A stretch of 38,208 nucleotides of DNA from Eubacteriales bacterium (GCA_045661265.1 JAZRFG010000177.1:1-38208); one strand, 5' to 3'; numbered from the stretch's first letter, positions 7,617 through 18,043 are shown. Notes: a model not told the origin generated them from the sequence alone. Translations and numbers: made by a program.

Positions 7617-9140
7617 TTACATAAATCGGATGATCTGAGCGTCATCCGCACCCAAAATATTCTTCATCATAATGCTCTGGCGCACGCGCGCGGCTGTGAC
7701 TGCACGGAAGCCCATCACCTGAATGGTAATGAGGGGCGTCATCGCAACCATCGCCACGATGCCAAAAGCACTCTCCAGCACCGAGGACACCCCGCCCACG
7801 CCCACAGCAGCACCGATGGCAAGCGGCAGGATAAAGCCCGAGGTCAGGGGACCGCTGGCCACGCCGCCCGAGTCAAAGGCGATCGCCGTATACAGTCGAG
7901 GCACGAAGAAGGAAAGCCCAAGGGAAATGAAATAGCCAGGGATCAGATAGTAAAGCACGCTGAATCCAAAGAGAATACGGATCATCGAAAGCCCGATCGA
8001 AACGCCCACGCCGATGCACAGCGCCAGCATCATCGAGCGGCGGCTGACCGAGCCGTTGGTAACGGTTTCCACCTGGTGATTGAGCACGTGGATCGCGGGC
8101 TCCGCCAGCACCACCACAAGCCCCAGCAAAAAGCCAAATCCAACCAACAGCCACGGGTGCGCGGCAAGGGACACGCCGATTTTATAGCCGATGGGCATAA
8201 AGCCGACGGTCACGCTGGAAAGAAAGACCACAAGCCCGAGGAAAGTATAAAGAATACCGATAGACACACGGATCAATATCTTGCTTGGCAGGTGCAAGCA
8301 GGTAAGCTGCAACACCACGAAAAAGGCCACGATCAGCAAAAGTGCCGTGGCAACCTCTCCCGCCACCGTTCCCACGGTGGCGAGAAGATTGGTGCCAAGA
8401 TAGGATTCGACCGCATAATTGGGCAGCTCGTAGGCAAGATCGCCGCGCGCAAACACGCCAAGCAACATCACCGCCAAGATCGGGCCCACCGAGCAAAGCG
8501 CCACAAGACCGAAGCTGTTCTCGCTTGTGTTCTTGCCGCCAAGCGTTACGGCAATGCCCGCGCCCAGTGCCATGATAAAGGGCACCGTAATAGGGCCGGT
8601 GGTCACACCACCCGAGTCAAACGCCATCGAAAGCAAAGGGCCGTTGCCCACCAGAAGCACAAGCGAGGTCACGGCAAACAGCAGCATATAGAAGAACAAA
8701 AGCATCGAGGAAAGGCGCGTGTTAGTGAGGATCTTCAACACGGCAAGTAGTAAGAAAAGTCCCACGCCCACGCCCACACAAACGATAAGCAGCGTGGAGT
8801 CCATCACGCCCGCCACCTGAGCGGCCAGCACGGAAAGATCGGGCTCCGCCACCGTGATCAGCACGCCAAGCACAAAGCAGGAGCCAAGCAGCACGCCCAT
8901 ACGGCGGGATTTGGAAAGCCCCGCACCCACCTGTATGCCCATGGGCGTCATGGCAATGTCAGCACCCATATTGAAAAGTCCGATGCCGACCACAAGCAGC
9001 ACGGCGCAAACACAAAATACGATCCCCTCGGTCGCGGAAAGCTGCAAAAGGGGCGTACAGGCAAGCAGCAGCACGATCAGTGCCACGGGCATGACGGAAA
9101 TGGCCGATTCTTTGATTTTGCCAAACAGGATCTTGACCAT
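7617..9140 (-). CDS. DUF1538-type polytopic membrane protein (internally duplicated, transporter-like)
   Basis: ORF 7617-9275 trimmed to ATG 9140 (AAAGGGGGGAG upstream). 507 aa with two homologous halves (AEPDLSVLAAQV/AEPAIHVLNHQV; AFDSGGVTTGP/AFDSGGVASGP). Confidence 0.75.
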   Translation of the reverse strand: MVKILFGKIKESAISVMPVALIVLLLACTPLLQLSATEGIVFCVCAVLLVVGIGLFNMGADIAMTPMGIQVGAGLSKSRRMGVLLGSCFVLGVLITVAEPDLSVLAAQVAGVMDSTLLIVCVGVGVGLFLLLAVLKILTNTRLSSMLLFFYMLLFAVTSLVLLVGNGPLLSMAFDSGGVTTGPITVPFIMALGAGIAVTLGGKNTSENSFGLVALCSVGPILAVMLLGVFARGDLAYELPNYAVESYLGTNLLATVGTVAGEVATALLLIVAFFVVLQLTCLHLPSKILIRVSIGILYTFLGLVVFLSSVTVGFMPIGYKIGVSLAAHPWLLVGFGFLLGLVVVLAEPAIHVLNHQVETVTNGSVSRRSMMLALCIGVGVSIGLSMIRILFGFSVLYYLIPGYFISLGLSFFVPRLYTAIAFDSGGVASGPLTSGFILPLAIGAAVGVGGVSSVLESAFGIVAMVAMTPLITIQVMGFRAVTAARVRQSIMMKNILGADDAQIIRFM

Positions 9141-9200
9141 TTTTTCTCCCCCCTTTCTTCGCATTATCCCGCCAAACGGGTGCAAAAATATATCGTTTTC

Positions 9201-9229
9201 ATTATACCTTATGCCAAGCACTTTGTCAA
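9201..9229 (-). promoter_or_regulatory. consensus sigma-A promoter for the DUF1538/PII unit
   Basis: Reverse strand TTGACA (9229-9224), 17-nt spacer, TATAAT (9206-9201). About 55-nt leader to ATG 9140. Confidence 0.6.
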
Positions 9230-9321
9230 GAGCACCAAGCGATGCAAAAAGGCAAAACGCCCACTTTTCACACACTCTTCACACACACGCGGCATATGCT
9301 AAGGGCGAGGGAGGTGATCGC

Positions 9322-9570
9322 GTGCCTTATACAAAAAGGGGCTGTTGTGTGGGGGCGATCGGCACGATGACGGCTGCCCTACGCGCCACGCGTACGCTGG
9401 CGTCACACGGTATTTTCGCTGAGGTCATCGGCCTTTCCGCAAACGAAACCAAGCGCGGGTGCGCCTTCGGCGTTTCCTTTGACTGCGCGATGCTGGATCA
9501 GGTGCGCGTGGCGCTGAAAAGCGACGGCATCTCGGTGTCACAGTATTTGCAAAGGGGGAACGCGCCGTGA
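9322..9570 (+). CDS. DUF3343-like small protein (putative S/Se carrier-like)
   Basis: Only the 3' part of ORF 8854-9570 is plausible. GTG 9322 is preceded by GAGGGAGG with a 7-nt spacer. The 82-aa product (CVGAIGTMTAALRATRTLASHGIFAEVIGL...GCAFGVSF...VRVALKSDGI) has a beta-alpha-beta pattern with a conserved Cys. GTGA overlap with the desulfurase gene. Confidence 0.6.
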   Translation: MPYTKRGCCVGAIGTMTAALRATRTLASHGIFAEVIGLSANETKRGCAFGVSFDCAMLDQVRVALKSDGISVSQYLQRGNAP

Positions 9571-10697
9571 TCTATCTGGACAACGCCGCCACCACTTTTC
9601 CCAAGCCCCGCAGGGTGCTGGAGGCCGTGCTGGAGTGTCTGGCGCGCTATTGCGGCAACCCGGGGCGCGGGGCTCACCCGCTCTCGCTTGTCTGCGCGGA
9701 AAAGGTCTACGACTGTCGCACCGCGCTCTCATCTCTTTTCGGTGTGGGCGCGCCCGAGCGTGTGCTTTTTACCTCAAACACCACGCACGCCCTCAATTTG
9801 GCGATCAAGGGCCTGTTTGGCGCGGGCGATCATGTCCTGATCTCCGAGCTGGAGCACAACGCCGTGCGACGGCCCTTATGCCGCTTACAGCGCGAGCTTG
9901 GCGTGCGCTTTGAGAGCTTCCCCGTCGTGGGGCTCACGCCCGCACAGATCCTTTCAGAGCTTGCGCGCCGTTTGCGCCCGCAGACCAAGGGCGTGATCTG
10001 CGCGCACGCGTCGAACATCTGCTCCATCTCTCTGCCGATCACCGAGATCGGCGCGCTCTGCCACGAAAAAAGGCTTTTGTTCCTGGTCGATGCCGCCCAG
10101 TCCGCAGGGCATTTGCCCATTGACATGGCAAATATGCATATCAGCGCACTTGCCGTTCCCGCGCACAAGGGGCTTTACGGCATTCAGGGGGCGGGGGTGC
10201 TCGCCCTTGGCGAGGGCATTTCTCCCGCGCCGCTTTTAGAGGGCGGGAGCGGGAGCGACTCGCTGGCCGAGGAGATGCCCACGCTCCCACCTGAGCGATA
10301 CGAGGCGGGCACGCTTGCCACGCCAGCCATCGTGGGGCTTCTCGACGGGATACAATTTCTACAAGAGCGCGGCTTGGAAAACATCGCCGCCCACGAAAAA
10401 GTGCTCTTTTGCGCGGCGCGCGAGCGTTTGGAAAGTATCCCCGCGATCGAGATCTATGCACGCGATCGGGAGGGGCCGGTGCTGCTTTTCAATCACACAC
10501 ACCTCTCCCCACAAGAGGTCGCACAGCACCTTGCGCGTGAGGGCATCTGCGTGCGTGCGGGGCTGCACTGTGCCCCGCTTGCACACGAGGCGCTCGGTAC
10601 CGCCCCACGCGGCGCAGTGCGCCTGGGCTTCGGCGCGTTCAACACTGTTTCGGAGCTGGACGCGCTGTGGAGAACACTGCGCGAGCTGAACGGATAA
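9567..10697 (+). CDS. class-V aminotransferase, cysteine desulfurase family
   Basis: MIYLDNAATTFPKP..., SELEHNAV, DAAQSAGHLPID, PLP-lysine context AVPAHKGLYGIQGAGVL, C-terminal GLHCAP. Confidence 0.85.
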   Translation: MIYLDNAATTFPKPRRVLEAVLECLARYCGNPGRGAHPLSLVCAEKVYDCRTALSSLFGVGAPERVLFTSNTTHALNLAIKGLFGAGDHVLISELEHNAVRRPLCRLQRELGVRFESFPVVGLTPAQILSELARRLRPQTKGVICAHASNICSISLPITEIGALCHEKRLLFLVDAAQSAGHLPIDMANMHISALAVPAHKGLYGIQGAGVLALGEGISPAPLLEGGSGSDSLAEEMPTLPPERYEAGTLATPAIVGLLDGIQFLQERGLENIAAHEKVLFCAARERLESIPAIEIYARDREGPVLLFNHTHLSPQEVAQHLAREGICVRAGLHCAPLAHEALGTAPRGAVRLGFGAFNTVSELDALWRTLRELNG

Positions 10698-10732
10698 AAA
10701 AAGCCCCACCCTTGCGGGTGGGGGGCTTTTTT
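10696..10732. terminator. bidirectional intrinsic terminator
   Basis: A-run, gccccaccc-ttgc-gggtgggggg(c), T-run, lying between the convergent desulfurase and rplQ genes. Confidence 0.8.
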
Positions 10733-10734
10733 CA

Positions 10735-11076
10735 TTAGTCCTCGATCAGCTTGATGAGAGCCATCTCGGCAGCGTCGCCGCGACGGGGACCCATCTTGAA
10801 GATCTGCGTATAACCGCCGTTGCGGCCTTCGTACTTGGGGGCGATCTCGTTGAACAGCTTGCTCACGACATCCTCCTTGGTAATGTAGGCCAGTGCCTGA
10901 CGGCGAGTGGCAAGGGTATTCTTCTTGCCAAGCGTAATCATCTTCTCTGCCATGGAACGAACCTGCTTGGCGCGAGCCAGCGTGGTTTCGATTTTGCCGT
11001 TCTCAAGCAGGTAAGTCACAAGACCGCGGAGCATTGCGTTGCGATGCTCGGTAGGTCTGCCAAGTTTTCCGGGCAT
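10735..11076 (-). CDS. rplQ: 50S ribosomal protein L17
   Basis: [24 protein letters not shown]... Last gene of the alpha operon. Confidence 0.95.
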   Translation of the reverse strand: MPGKLGRPTEHRNAMLRGLVTYLLENGKIETTLARAKQVRSMAEKMITLGKKNTLATRRQALAYITKEDVVSKLFNEIAPKYEGRNGGYTQIFKMGPRRGDAAEMALIKLIED

Positions 11077-11115
11077 TGTGGTTTCCCTCCTAAATCGTAT
11101 ACTTCGTCAGCCCGC

Positions 11116-12090
11116 TTACTCCTCTTCCTTCTTCAGGTCGAGGCCAAGCGAGTGCAATTTTTGAATAACTTCTTCCAGCGATTTCTTACCGAGGTTACGA
11201 ACCTTGATCATGTCCTCCTCGGTACGGTTGGTGAGATCCTCCACCGTGTCAATGCCTGCGCGCTTCAAGCAGTTGAAGCTACGAACAGACATGTCAAGCT
11301 CTTCAATGGTCATCTCAAGGACCTTTTCCTTAATGGTCTCTTCCGGCTCAACCAGAATCTCTGCCTTCTTTGCCTCATCGGTAAGATTTACAAAGAGGTT
11401 GAGATGTTCATTGAGTATCTTGGCGGCAAGAGAAATCGCTTCTTTGGCCGTGATAGTTCCGTTGGTCAGAACATCAATGGTCAGTTTGTCAAGATCGGTG
11501 ACGTTGCCCACGCGGGTGCTTTCCACGTCATAGTTCACCTTGTAAACAGGCGTATAGATCGAATCGGTAAAGATGGTGCCGATGGGTGCGGAGGTGTTGG
11601 GACCCATTGCGATAGCAGCAAGCTGCTTGTTGCGCTCCTGGGAAACGTATCCGCGACCGTGATCAAACGTCAGCTCCATATAAACGCGCTCGTTCTCGGC
11701 CAGGGTGAACAGATGGTGCTCGGGGTTCAGAATCTCCAGATCGGCATCGGGCTTGATGTCACCGGCGGTCACCTCACGGGGGCCGGTCACGTCAAGGATA
11801 GCGGTCTTGGTGGTGTTGCTGAACAGCTTTGCCGTGATGCCCTTTACGTTAAGGACGATCTCGGTCACGTCTTCCTTTACACCGGGAATGGTGGAAAATT
11901 CGTGGAGGACACCGTCGATCTTGATGCTGGTAACAGCCACACCCTGCAGAGAGCTGAGCAGTACGCGGCGCAAAGAGTTGCCCAAAGTGATACCGTAGCC
12001 GCGCTCCAGGGGATCGACCACGAAAGTACCGCTTTTTCCGTCCTCGCTCAGATGAGCAATGGTAATATTCGGCTTTTCAATTTCAAGCAT
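11116..12090 (-). CDS. rpoA: DNA-directed RNA polymerase subunit alpha
   Basis: [11 protein letters not shown]...[26 protein letters not shown]...; C-terminal [17 protein letters not shown]. Confidence 0.95.
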   Translation of the reverse strand: MLEIEKPNITIAHLSEDGKSGTFVVDPLERGYGITLGNSLRRVLLSSLQGVAVTSIKIDGVLHEFSTIPGVKEDVTEIVLNVKGITAKLFSNTTKTAILDVTGPREVTAGDIKPDADLEILNPEHHLFTLAENERVYMELTFDHGRGYVSQERNKQLAAIAMGPNTSAPIGTIFTDSIYTPVYKVNYDVESTRVGNVTDLDKLTIDVLTNGTITAKEAISLAAKILNEHLNLFVNLTDEAKKAEILVEPEETIKEKVLEMTIEELDMSVRSFNCLKRAGIDTVEDLTNRTEEDMIKVRNLGKKSLEEVIQKLHSLGLDLKKEEE

Positions 12091-12191
12091 TCCAATAAAC
12101 CCTCCTATTTCATGTTAGTGCCATTCTTTGGCGGGGTACATACAGCCGTATCGCCGTTGGTGACAGCGCGTCAGCCAACTGGCGACGCGGA

Positions 12192-12818
12192 TTACTTGGA
12201 ATAGAACTCGACGATCAGCTGCTCGTTGATCTCAAAGTCAATGTCCTCGCGAGCGGGCATAGCCACGACCTTCGCGGTAGCATTTTCCTTGTTAACTTCC
12301 AGCCACTTGGGAGTAAGGCGAGTGGAAAGCTTCTCCATGAGTGCCTTCACATTTGCCAGATCACGGCTGCTCTCCTTAATAGCGATCACGTCGCCCACCT
12401 TCACAGAGATGGAGGGGATGTTGACCTTCTTGCCATTGAGGGTGAAGTGTGCGTGCAGAACGAGCTGGCGGGCCTCACGGCGGCTATCAGCCATACCCAT
12501 GCGGTACACCACGTTGTCCAGTCTTCTTTCAAGCAGAACCAACAGGTTCTCGCCGGTCATGCCGGGCTTGCGGTCTGCCTCAGCGTACAGATTTGCGAAC
12601 TGAGTTTCAAGCATGCCGTAGTACTTCTTGACCTTCTGCTTCTCGCGAAGATGCATACCGTACTCACGAACCTTCTTGTTAGCGGCGCCATGCTGACCGG
12701 GAGCAGTGTTGCGGCGGTCGATTGCGCACTTACCTGTCATGCAACGCTCGCCCTTGAGGAACAGCTTGGTGCCCTCGCGGCGGCAAATACGACATGCAGG
12801 ACCAGTATATCTTGCCAT
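12192..12818 (-). CDS. rpsD: 30S ribosomal protein S4
   Basis: [26 protein letters not shown]... Confidence 0.95.
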   Translation of the reverse strand: MARYTGPACRICRREGTKLFLKGERCMTGKCAIDRRNTAPGQHGAANKKVREYGMHLREKQKVKKYYGMLETQFANLYAEADRKPGMTGENLLVLLERRLDNVVYRMGMADSRREARQLVLHAHFTLNGKKVNIPSISVKVGDVIAIKESSRDLANVKALMEKLSTRLTPKWLEVNKENATAKVVAMPAREDIDFEINEQLIVEFYSK

Positions 12819-12838
12819 TTTCGTTTACCTCCTGTTGA

Positions 12839-13231
12839 TTAGACGCGGCGGCGCTTGGGGGGACGGCAGCCGTTGTGGGGGATGGGGGTTACGTCCTTGA
12901 TCATGGTCACGGTAAGACCAACGGTCTCCAGTGCGCGGATCGCAGACTCACGTCCGGAGCCAGGGCCCTTTACGTAAACCTCAACCGTCTTCAAGCCGTG
13001 CTCCATCGCTGCCTTTGCGGCAGTCTCTGCTGCAGACTGTGCAGCAAAGGGGGTAGACTTACGGGAGCCCTTGAAGCCGAGCTCACCGGCAGATGCCCAA
13101 GAAATTGCGTTGCCTGCAACGTCGGTCACGGTGATGATGGTGTTATTGAAAGTGGCGCTGATGTGAACGGCACCCTTCTCAATATTCTTGCGCTCGCGGC
13201 GTTTCTTGATGACTTTCTTTACATTAGCCAT
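12839..13231 (-). CDS. rpsK: 30S ribosomal protein S11
   Basis: ...[46 protein letters not shown]... Confidence 0.95.
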   Translation of the reverse strand: MANVKKVIKKRRERKNIEKGAVHISATFNNTIITVTDVAGNAISWASAGELGFKGSRKSTPFAAQSAAETAAKAAMEHGLKTVEVYVKGPGSGRESAIRALETVGLTVTMIKDVTPIPHNGCRPPKRRRV

Positions 13232-13246
13232 TGTTATGCCACTCCT

Positions 13247-13615
13247 TTATTTCTTCTTATTCGCAATGGTCTTTGCGGGACCCTTACGAGTTCTGGCGTT
13301 GGTCTTGGTTCTCTGACCTCTTACGGGCAGACCCTTGCGGTGACGAATACCGCGGTAGCAGTTGATCTCGACCAGACGCTTGATGTTCAGCGCGACGTCA
13401 CGGCGAAGGTCACCCTCCACGGTGTAAGCGCTTTCGATCTCGTCACGCAGCTTTGCAACCTCGTCCTCGGTCAGATCCTTTGCACGGGTATCAGGATTGA
13501 TACCGGTCTTCTGGAGGATGTCGTTTGCGCTCTTACGGCCGATGCCGTAGATATAGGTCAGTGCAATTTCCACTCTTTTTTGATTGGGAATATCAACACC
13601 TGCAATACGAGCCAT
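13247..13615 (-). CDS. rpsM: 30S ribosomal protein S13
   Basis: [26 protein letters not shown]... Confidence 0.95.
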   Translation of the reverse strand: MARIAGVDIPNQKRVEIALTYIYGIGRKSANDILQKTGINPDTRAKDLTEDEVAKLRDEIESAYTVEGDLRRDVALNIKRLVEINCYRGIRHRKGLPVRGQRTKTNARTRKGPAKTIANKKK

Positions 13616-13645
13616 AGTTATTTACCTCTTTCTTCAGTGTGGGGA

Positions 13646-13759
13646 TTAGCCCTGTCTCTGCTTGTGCTTGGGATTTTCACAGATGACCATTACGCGGCCC
13701 TTTCTCTTGATAATCTTGCACTTTTCGCAGATCTTTTTAACGGAAGGCTTTACTTTCAT
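13646..13759 (-). CDS. rpmJ: 50S ribosomal protein L36 (Zn-binding form)
   Basis: Too short for the ORF track. Manual translation gives [37 protein letters not shown], then TAA. Confidence 0.9.
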   Translation of the reverse strand: MKVKPSVKKICEKCKIIKRKGRVMVICENPKHKQRQG

Positions 13760-13809
13760 TTGTCACACCATTCCTTTCATCTAAAATGTTTAAGATCTTT
13801 GCGCGGATC

Positions 13810-14028
13810 TTATTTCGCGCGCCAGGTGATGCGTCCCTTGGTGAGGTCGTAAACCGAAACCTCAACCGTTACGCGGTCGCCGGGCAATATGCGGATATAG
13901 TTGACGCGAAGCTTGCCGGAAATGCGGGCCGTTACGATATGCCCGTTGGGCAGCTTCACCTTGAAGGTCGCGCTGGGCAGTGCCTCAACCACGGTACCCT
14001 CAAACTCAATTACGTCATCCTTTGGCAC
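13810..14028 (-). CDS. infA: translation initiation factor IF-1
   Basis: [41 protein letters not shown]... Confidence 0.95.
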   Translation of the reverse strand: MPKDDVIEFEGTVVEALPSATFKVKLPNGHIVTARISGKLRVNYIRILPGDRVTVEVSVYDLTKGRITWRAK

Positions 14029-14064
14029 AGAAATGTCCTCCCTTGTCTTGGATTATATTTGCGA

Positions 14065-14826
14065 TCATTCTCCGATCTCAACCTCTGTCAGATTGATGAT
14101 GCCCTCCTCGGTCAGCGCCACGGTGTTCTCGTAATGCGCCGAAAGAGAGCCGTCTGCGGTTTTTACCGTCCATCCGTCAGAAAGCTCACGAACCTCGTGT
14201 GTTCCAACGTTTACCATAGGTTCTATGGCAATGACCAGCCCCGCGCAAAGACGGGGGCCACGTCCGGGGGTCCCGTAATTGGGAACGTCCGGCTGCTCAT
14301 GCACGTCGCGTCCAACGCCGTGGCCGACATAGCGGCGCACCACGCTGAAGCCCTGCTGGCGGATATATCCGTCCACTGCGGCACCGATATCACCAACGCG
14401 GTTGCCAATCTTCACCGCCTCAAGTGCCTCATAGAAGCTCTGCTTGGTGGCGGCGATCAGCCGCGTGGCCTCGTCACTCACACGTCCCACGGCAAAGGTT
14501 CTCGCGCTGTCGCCGTGAAAGCCCTTATAAAAGGCGCCCACGTCGATCTTCACGATGTCACCCTCCTTAAGGATCCTCGTCGAAGACGGGATACCGTGAA
14601 TGACTTCGTCGTTGATGCTGATGCACGCAGATCCGGGAAAGCCGTAGAGCCCGAGGAAGGAGGGCTTTGCGCCCCGCTTCTCGATATGGTTACGAATGAT
14701 CGTATCCAGCTCCTTGGTGCTAATCCCTTCGCGGATGTGATCACGGGCAACAAGCAATGCCTCGCCCGTGATCTTACCCGCTTCACGCATTGCTGCGATC
14801 TGCAAACGATTCTTAATCTGTATCAT
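14065..14826 (-). CDS. map: type I methionine aminopeptidase
   Basis: ORF 14065-14901 trimmed to ATG 14826 (4 nt after the adk stop). MIQIKNRLQIAAMREAGKITGEAL..., DIVKIDVG, VGHGVG, AIEPM. Confidence 0.9.
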   Translation of the reverse strand: MIQIKNRLQIAAMREAGKITGEALLVARDHIREGISTKELDTIIRNHIEKRGAKPSFLGLYGFPGSACISINDEVIHGIPSSTRILKEGDIVKIDVGAFYKGFHGDSARTFAVGRVSDEATRLIAATKQSFYEALEAVKIGNRVGDIGAAVDGYIRQQGFSVVRRYVGHGVGRDVHEQPDVPNYGTPGRGPRLCAGLVIAIEPMVNVGTHEVRELSDGWTVKTADGSLSAHYENTVALTEEGIINLTEVEIGE

Positions 14827-14830
14827 AGGA

Positions 14831-15463
14831 TCAGATTTGGCCCAGCGCCTCAAAGGTAAGGCGCGTCGTGTCGGCCACCTCCTCCTGCCCCTGCACCTCA
14901 AGGAGCAAGCCCTTCTCGGAGTAGAACTCCTTGAGCGGCTCGGTTACCTTGTGGTAGGTATGCAGGCGGTTGCGCACGGTTTCGGGCGCGTCATCCTTGC
15001 GGATGAAGAGCTCGGCACCGCACTTGTCGCAAATACCCTCCTTTTGGGAAGGTTTGTAGAGAGCATGATAGGAAGCGCCGCAAGTGCAAACGCGTCTGCC
15101 GCTCATACGCTCTACGATCTTTTCGTCCGCCACCTCAATCGAGAGAACGGCGTCGATCTTTACCCCCATCTTATCCAACGCCTCGGCTTGAGGAATGGAG
15201 CGGGGGAAGCCGTCAAGAATGAAGCCATTCTTGCAAGCATCAGAAGTGATATATTCCTTGATGATACCGATCACGATCTCATCGGGAACCAGGTTACCCT
15301 CGTCCATATAGGACTTTGCGGTAACGCCAAGCTCGGTGCCCGCCTGAATGGCGGCACGAAGCACACTCCCCGTCGAAATCGTGGGGATACCCCATTTTTC
15401 TGAAATCCTCTCGGCCTGCGTGCCTTTGCCCGCACCGGGAGCACCCATCAGAATCAAGTTCAT
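14831..15463 (-). CDS. adk: adenylate kinase (Zn-lid type)
   Basis: [18 protein letters not shown]...; lid CTCG...CDKCG. Confidence 0.95.
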   Translation of the reverse strand: MNLILMGAPGAGKGTQAERISEKWGIPTISTGSVLRAAIQAGTELGVTAKSYMDEGNLVPDEIVIGIIKEYITSDACKNGFILDGFPRSIPQAEALDKMGVKIDAVLSIEVADEKIVERMSGRRVCTCGASYHALYKPSQKEGICDKCGAELFIRKDDAPETVRNRLHTYHKVTEPLKEFYSEKGLLLEVQGQEEVADTTRLTFEALGQI

Positions 15464-15483
15464 AGTATCCTCCGTAAGAGTGA

Positions 15484-16845
15484 TCAGCCAAGGAAGCCCT
15501 TGCTTTGACGCATGCTGAGCTGTGCCTCGATATCGCGAACGGTTTCAAGCACCACGCCCACCACGATCAGCAAGGAGGAACCGCCAAACGTCATCGCGTA
15601 GGCCGTCAAGCTGCTGGGCACGGAAACGCCTGCACCGGCAAGTGCCGCGCTAACCACAGTGACCAGCATGGGAACACCCGCCACGATGCAAAGGAAGAAT
15701 GCACCGATCAGGGTCACGCGCTTCAGAATACGGTTGATATACTGCACGGTGGGACGACCGGGACGGTGTCCGGGGATCGCGCCGCCGTTGCTGTTGATGT
15801 TGTTTGCTACCTCTACGGGGTTGAAAGAGATCAGCACGTAGAAGTAAGAGAATGCCACAATCAGGATCAGGTAAACCACAAGGTATTCCCAAGTGGTCGC
15901 GCCGAAGAAGCTGTTGATTGCCTTCGAGAAGCCGCTGTCAGAGCCCGTAAACAACGCGATGGTTGCAGGAATCGAAACGATGGACTGCGCGAAGATGATC
16001 GGCATAACGCCGGTCATGTTCAGCTTGATGGGCAGATTGGTGGCCTGGCCGCCGTACATCTTTCGGCCAACCACGCGCTTCGCGTACTGGATCGGAATAC
16101 GGCGCTCGGAGTTCGTAACGAATACGATAAAGCCGGTTGCCGCCACGATCACGATTGCGATGATCACTGCCACGATCGCGCCGACCCACCACTTACCGTC
16201 GGTAATACCGCTGATAAGCGAGGAGAACAGCGTCGGGAAGCTGGCAATGATATTGACGCAAAGGACGACGGAAATGCCGTTGCCGATGCCCTTTTCATTG
16301 ATCAGCTCGGCAAGCCACATCACCAGTGCCGCACCGGCACAGAAGCAGGCGTTGATCACCAGCATGGCAAACCACGTGGGAACACCGCTCTCCGTACCAA
16401 CGGACTTGAGAATATAGCTACCGGTGGTCTCATCACCGTACAGGAGCTTGAAGCTGTAGCCCAAGCTCATGATGAGCGCGAGTGCCACAGTAACGAAGCG
16501 CGTGATGGTGTTGATCTTCTTCTGACCGTTGGCGCCGTCCTTTGCCATTCTTTCCAGAGGAGGAATGGCAATGGTCAGAAGCTGCATCACGATCGAAGAA
16601 GTGATATAGGGGCTGACGCCCAGTGCGAACAGTGTTGCGTGCTGCATAGCGCCGCCCGACAGAATACCCATCAGACCGAAAATAGAGGATCCGAAGAAGG
16701 TATTCAAGCTGGAGGAGATATCTCCGTCAACGAAAGGAACGATAATGCAAGCACCAAGGCGATAAAGGAGGACGATAAACAACGTGAAGATCATCTTCTT
16801 TTGAAGCTCGGGTGTCTTCCATGCGTTTTTCAGCGTCTTAAACAT
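15484..16845 (-). CDS. secY: preprotein translocase subunit SecY
   Basis: 453-aa polytopic protein, [22 protein letters not shown]..., in the canonical position between rplO and adk. Confidence 0.95.
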   Translation of the reverse strand: MFKTLKNAWKTPELQKKMIFTLFIVLLYRLGACIIVPFVDGDISSSLNTFFGSSIFGLMGILSGGAMQHATLFALGVSPYITSSIVMQLLTIAIPPLERMAKDGANGQKKINTITRFVTVALALIMSLGYSFKLLYGDETTGSYILKSVGTESGVPTWFAMLVINACFCAGAALVMWLAELINEKGIGNGISVVLCVNIIASFPTLFSSLISGITDGKWWVGAIVAVIIAIVIVAATGFIVFVTNSERRIPIQYAKRVVGRKMYGGQATNLPIKLNMTGVMPIIFAQSIVSIPATIALFTGSDSGFSKAINSFFGATTWEYLVVYLILIVAFSYFYVLISFNPVEVANNINSNGGAIPGHRPGRPTVQYINRILKRVTLIGAFFLCIVAGVPMLVTVVSAALAGAGVSVPSSLTAYAMTFGGSSLLIVVGVVLETVRDIEAQLSMRQSKGFLG

Positions 16846-16847
16846 CC

Positions 16848-17291
16848 TTATGCTACCTCGATCTTTCCACCTGCTGCTTCAATCTTTTCCTTTGCGGAAG
16901 CCGAAAAGACGGTAGCTTTTACGGTTAATTTACGAGTGAGCTCGCCGTTACCGAGGATCTTCACACCGTCAACGACCTTGCGGACGATTCTCTTGGCCAT
17001 CAGTGCCTCGAGATCGACCACAGCGCCGTCCTCAAACACGTTCAGCTGCTCAACGTTCACAACAGTGTAGATCTTTGCGAACTTGTTGTTGAAGCCGCGC
17101 TTGGGGTGCTTACGGTAAAGCGGGATCTGACCACCCTCGAAGCCGGGGCGTACGCCGCCGCCGGAACGGGCGTTCTGGCCCTTGTGACCCTTACCTGCGG
17201 TCTTGCCGTTACCGGAACCGGGGCCGCGGCCCTTGCGGTAGGAATCTCTTGCGGAGCCTTCTGCGGGAGAAAGTTCATGAAGTTTCATCAT
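16848..17291 (-). CDS. rplO: 50S ribosomal protein L15
   Basis: [39 protein letters not shown]... The start could be either of two adjacent ATG codons. Confidence 0.93.
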   Translation of the reverse strand: MMKLHELSPAEGSARDSYRKGRGPGSGNGKTAGKGHKGQNARSGGGVRPGFEGGQIPLYRKHPKRGFNNKFAKIYTVVNVEQLNVFEDGAVVDLEALMAKRIVRKVVDGVKILGNGELTRKLTVKATVFSASAKEKIEAAGGKIEVA

Positions 17292-17302
17292 TGCTGCCTC
17301 CT

Positions 17303-17476
17303 TTACGCGTTTTCTACCTTAACAAGGTGGGAAATAACCTTCACCTTGCCGGCAAGAACGGCGTTATCCTCGTGAATGATGAAATCGCCGATTTTGTTAA
17401 GACCAAGGGACTTAGCCGTGGCCTTCTGGTTGGGGAGAGCGCCGATGGTGCTCTTGACGAGAGTAACCTTTTTCAT
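17303..17476 (-). CDS. rpmD: 50S ribosomal protein L30
   Basis: Below the ORF-track cutoff. Manual translation gives [63 protein letters not shown] lies 7 nt upstream. Confidence 0.9.
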   Translation of the reverse strand: MKKVTLVKSTIGALPNQKATAKSLGLNKIGDFIIHEDNAVLAGKVKVISHLVKVENA

Positions 17477-17489
17477 CGTTATGCCCTCC

Positions 17490-17990
17490 TTACTTCACCT
17501 GCGCCACGTCAAGGTCGCGGATCTTAGCAACCTCTTCTGCGGTGCGCAGTGCCTTCAAGCCCTCAACGGTGGCCTTAACCACGTTGGCGGGGTTGTTGGA
17601 GCGCAGGCTCTTTGCGCGGATGTTCTTGATGCCGGCAAGCTCCAGCACGAAACGAACACCGCCGCCTGCGATGATACCGGTACCGGGAGCAGCGGGCTTC
17701 AGAAGCACCTTACCTGCACCGAATACGCCGGTAACCTCGTGGGGGATGGTGGTTCCCTTCAGGGAAACCGTGATCATATTCTTCTTTGCATCCTCGATGC
17801 CCTTGCGGATTGCCTCCGGCACCTCGGCTGCCTTACCGAGACCTACACCGATGCGGCCCTTGCCGTCACCCACTGCCATGATAGCAGCGAAGCGGGCGAT
17901 ACGACCACCTTTAACGGTCTTGGAAACACGGTTAAGCGCGATGAGCTGTTCCTTGAACTCTTGCTCAGCGGGATTTCTGTTGTAAGCCAT
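17490..17990 (-). CDS. rpsE: 30S ribosomal protein S5
   Basis: ...[39 protein letters not shown]... Confidence 0.95.
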   Translation of the reverse strand: MAYNRNPAEQEFKEQLIALNRVSKTVKGGRIARFAAIMAVGDGKGRIGVGLGKAAEVPEAIRKGIEDAKKNMITVSLKGTTIPHEVTGVFGAGKVLLKPAAPGTGIIAGGGVRFVLELAGIKNIRAKSLRSNNPANVVKATVEGLKALRTAEEVAKIRDLDVAQVK

Positions 17991-18043
17991 GTTATTCCTC
18001 CTAAAATTTGTTCAAACAAGTTTGAACAGTGTACAAACCGGAC

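Noticed and set aside
7539-8750. 403-aa plus-strand ORF, rich in H/R/K/G/Q
   Set aside because: It lies entirely antisense to the DUF1538 membrane protein gene. It has low-complexity basic composition and no SD, which is typical of a shadow ORF in GC-rich DNA.
8854-9321. N-terminal 156 codons of ORF 8854-9570 (238 aa)
   Set aside because: This part is antisense to the 5' end of the DUF1538 gene and crosses the promoter region. Only the last 82 codons, from GTG 9322 with an SD, look like a real gene.
12091-12191. 101-nt rpsD-rpoA spacer with hairpin gcgtcgcc-agtt-ggc-t-gacgc
   Set aside because: Partial terminators or processing stems before rpoA are common in alpha operons. Nothing here is distinctive.
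15505-17070. 521-aa plus-strand ORF, the longest in the cluster region
   Set aside because: It is antisense to secY and rplO, whose identities are unambiguous. Its composition (R/H/D/G-rich) and the lack of start signals indicate a GC3-driven shadow ORF.
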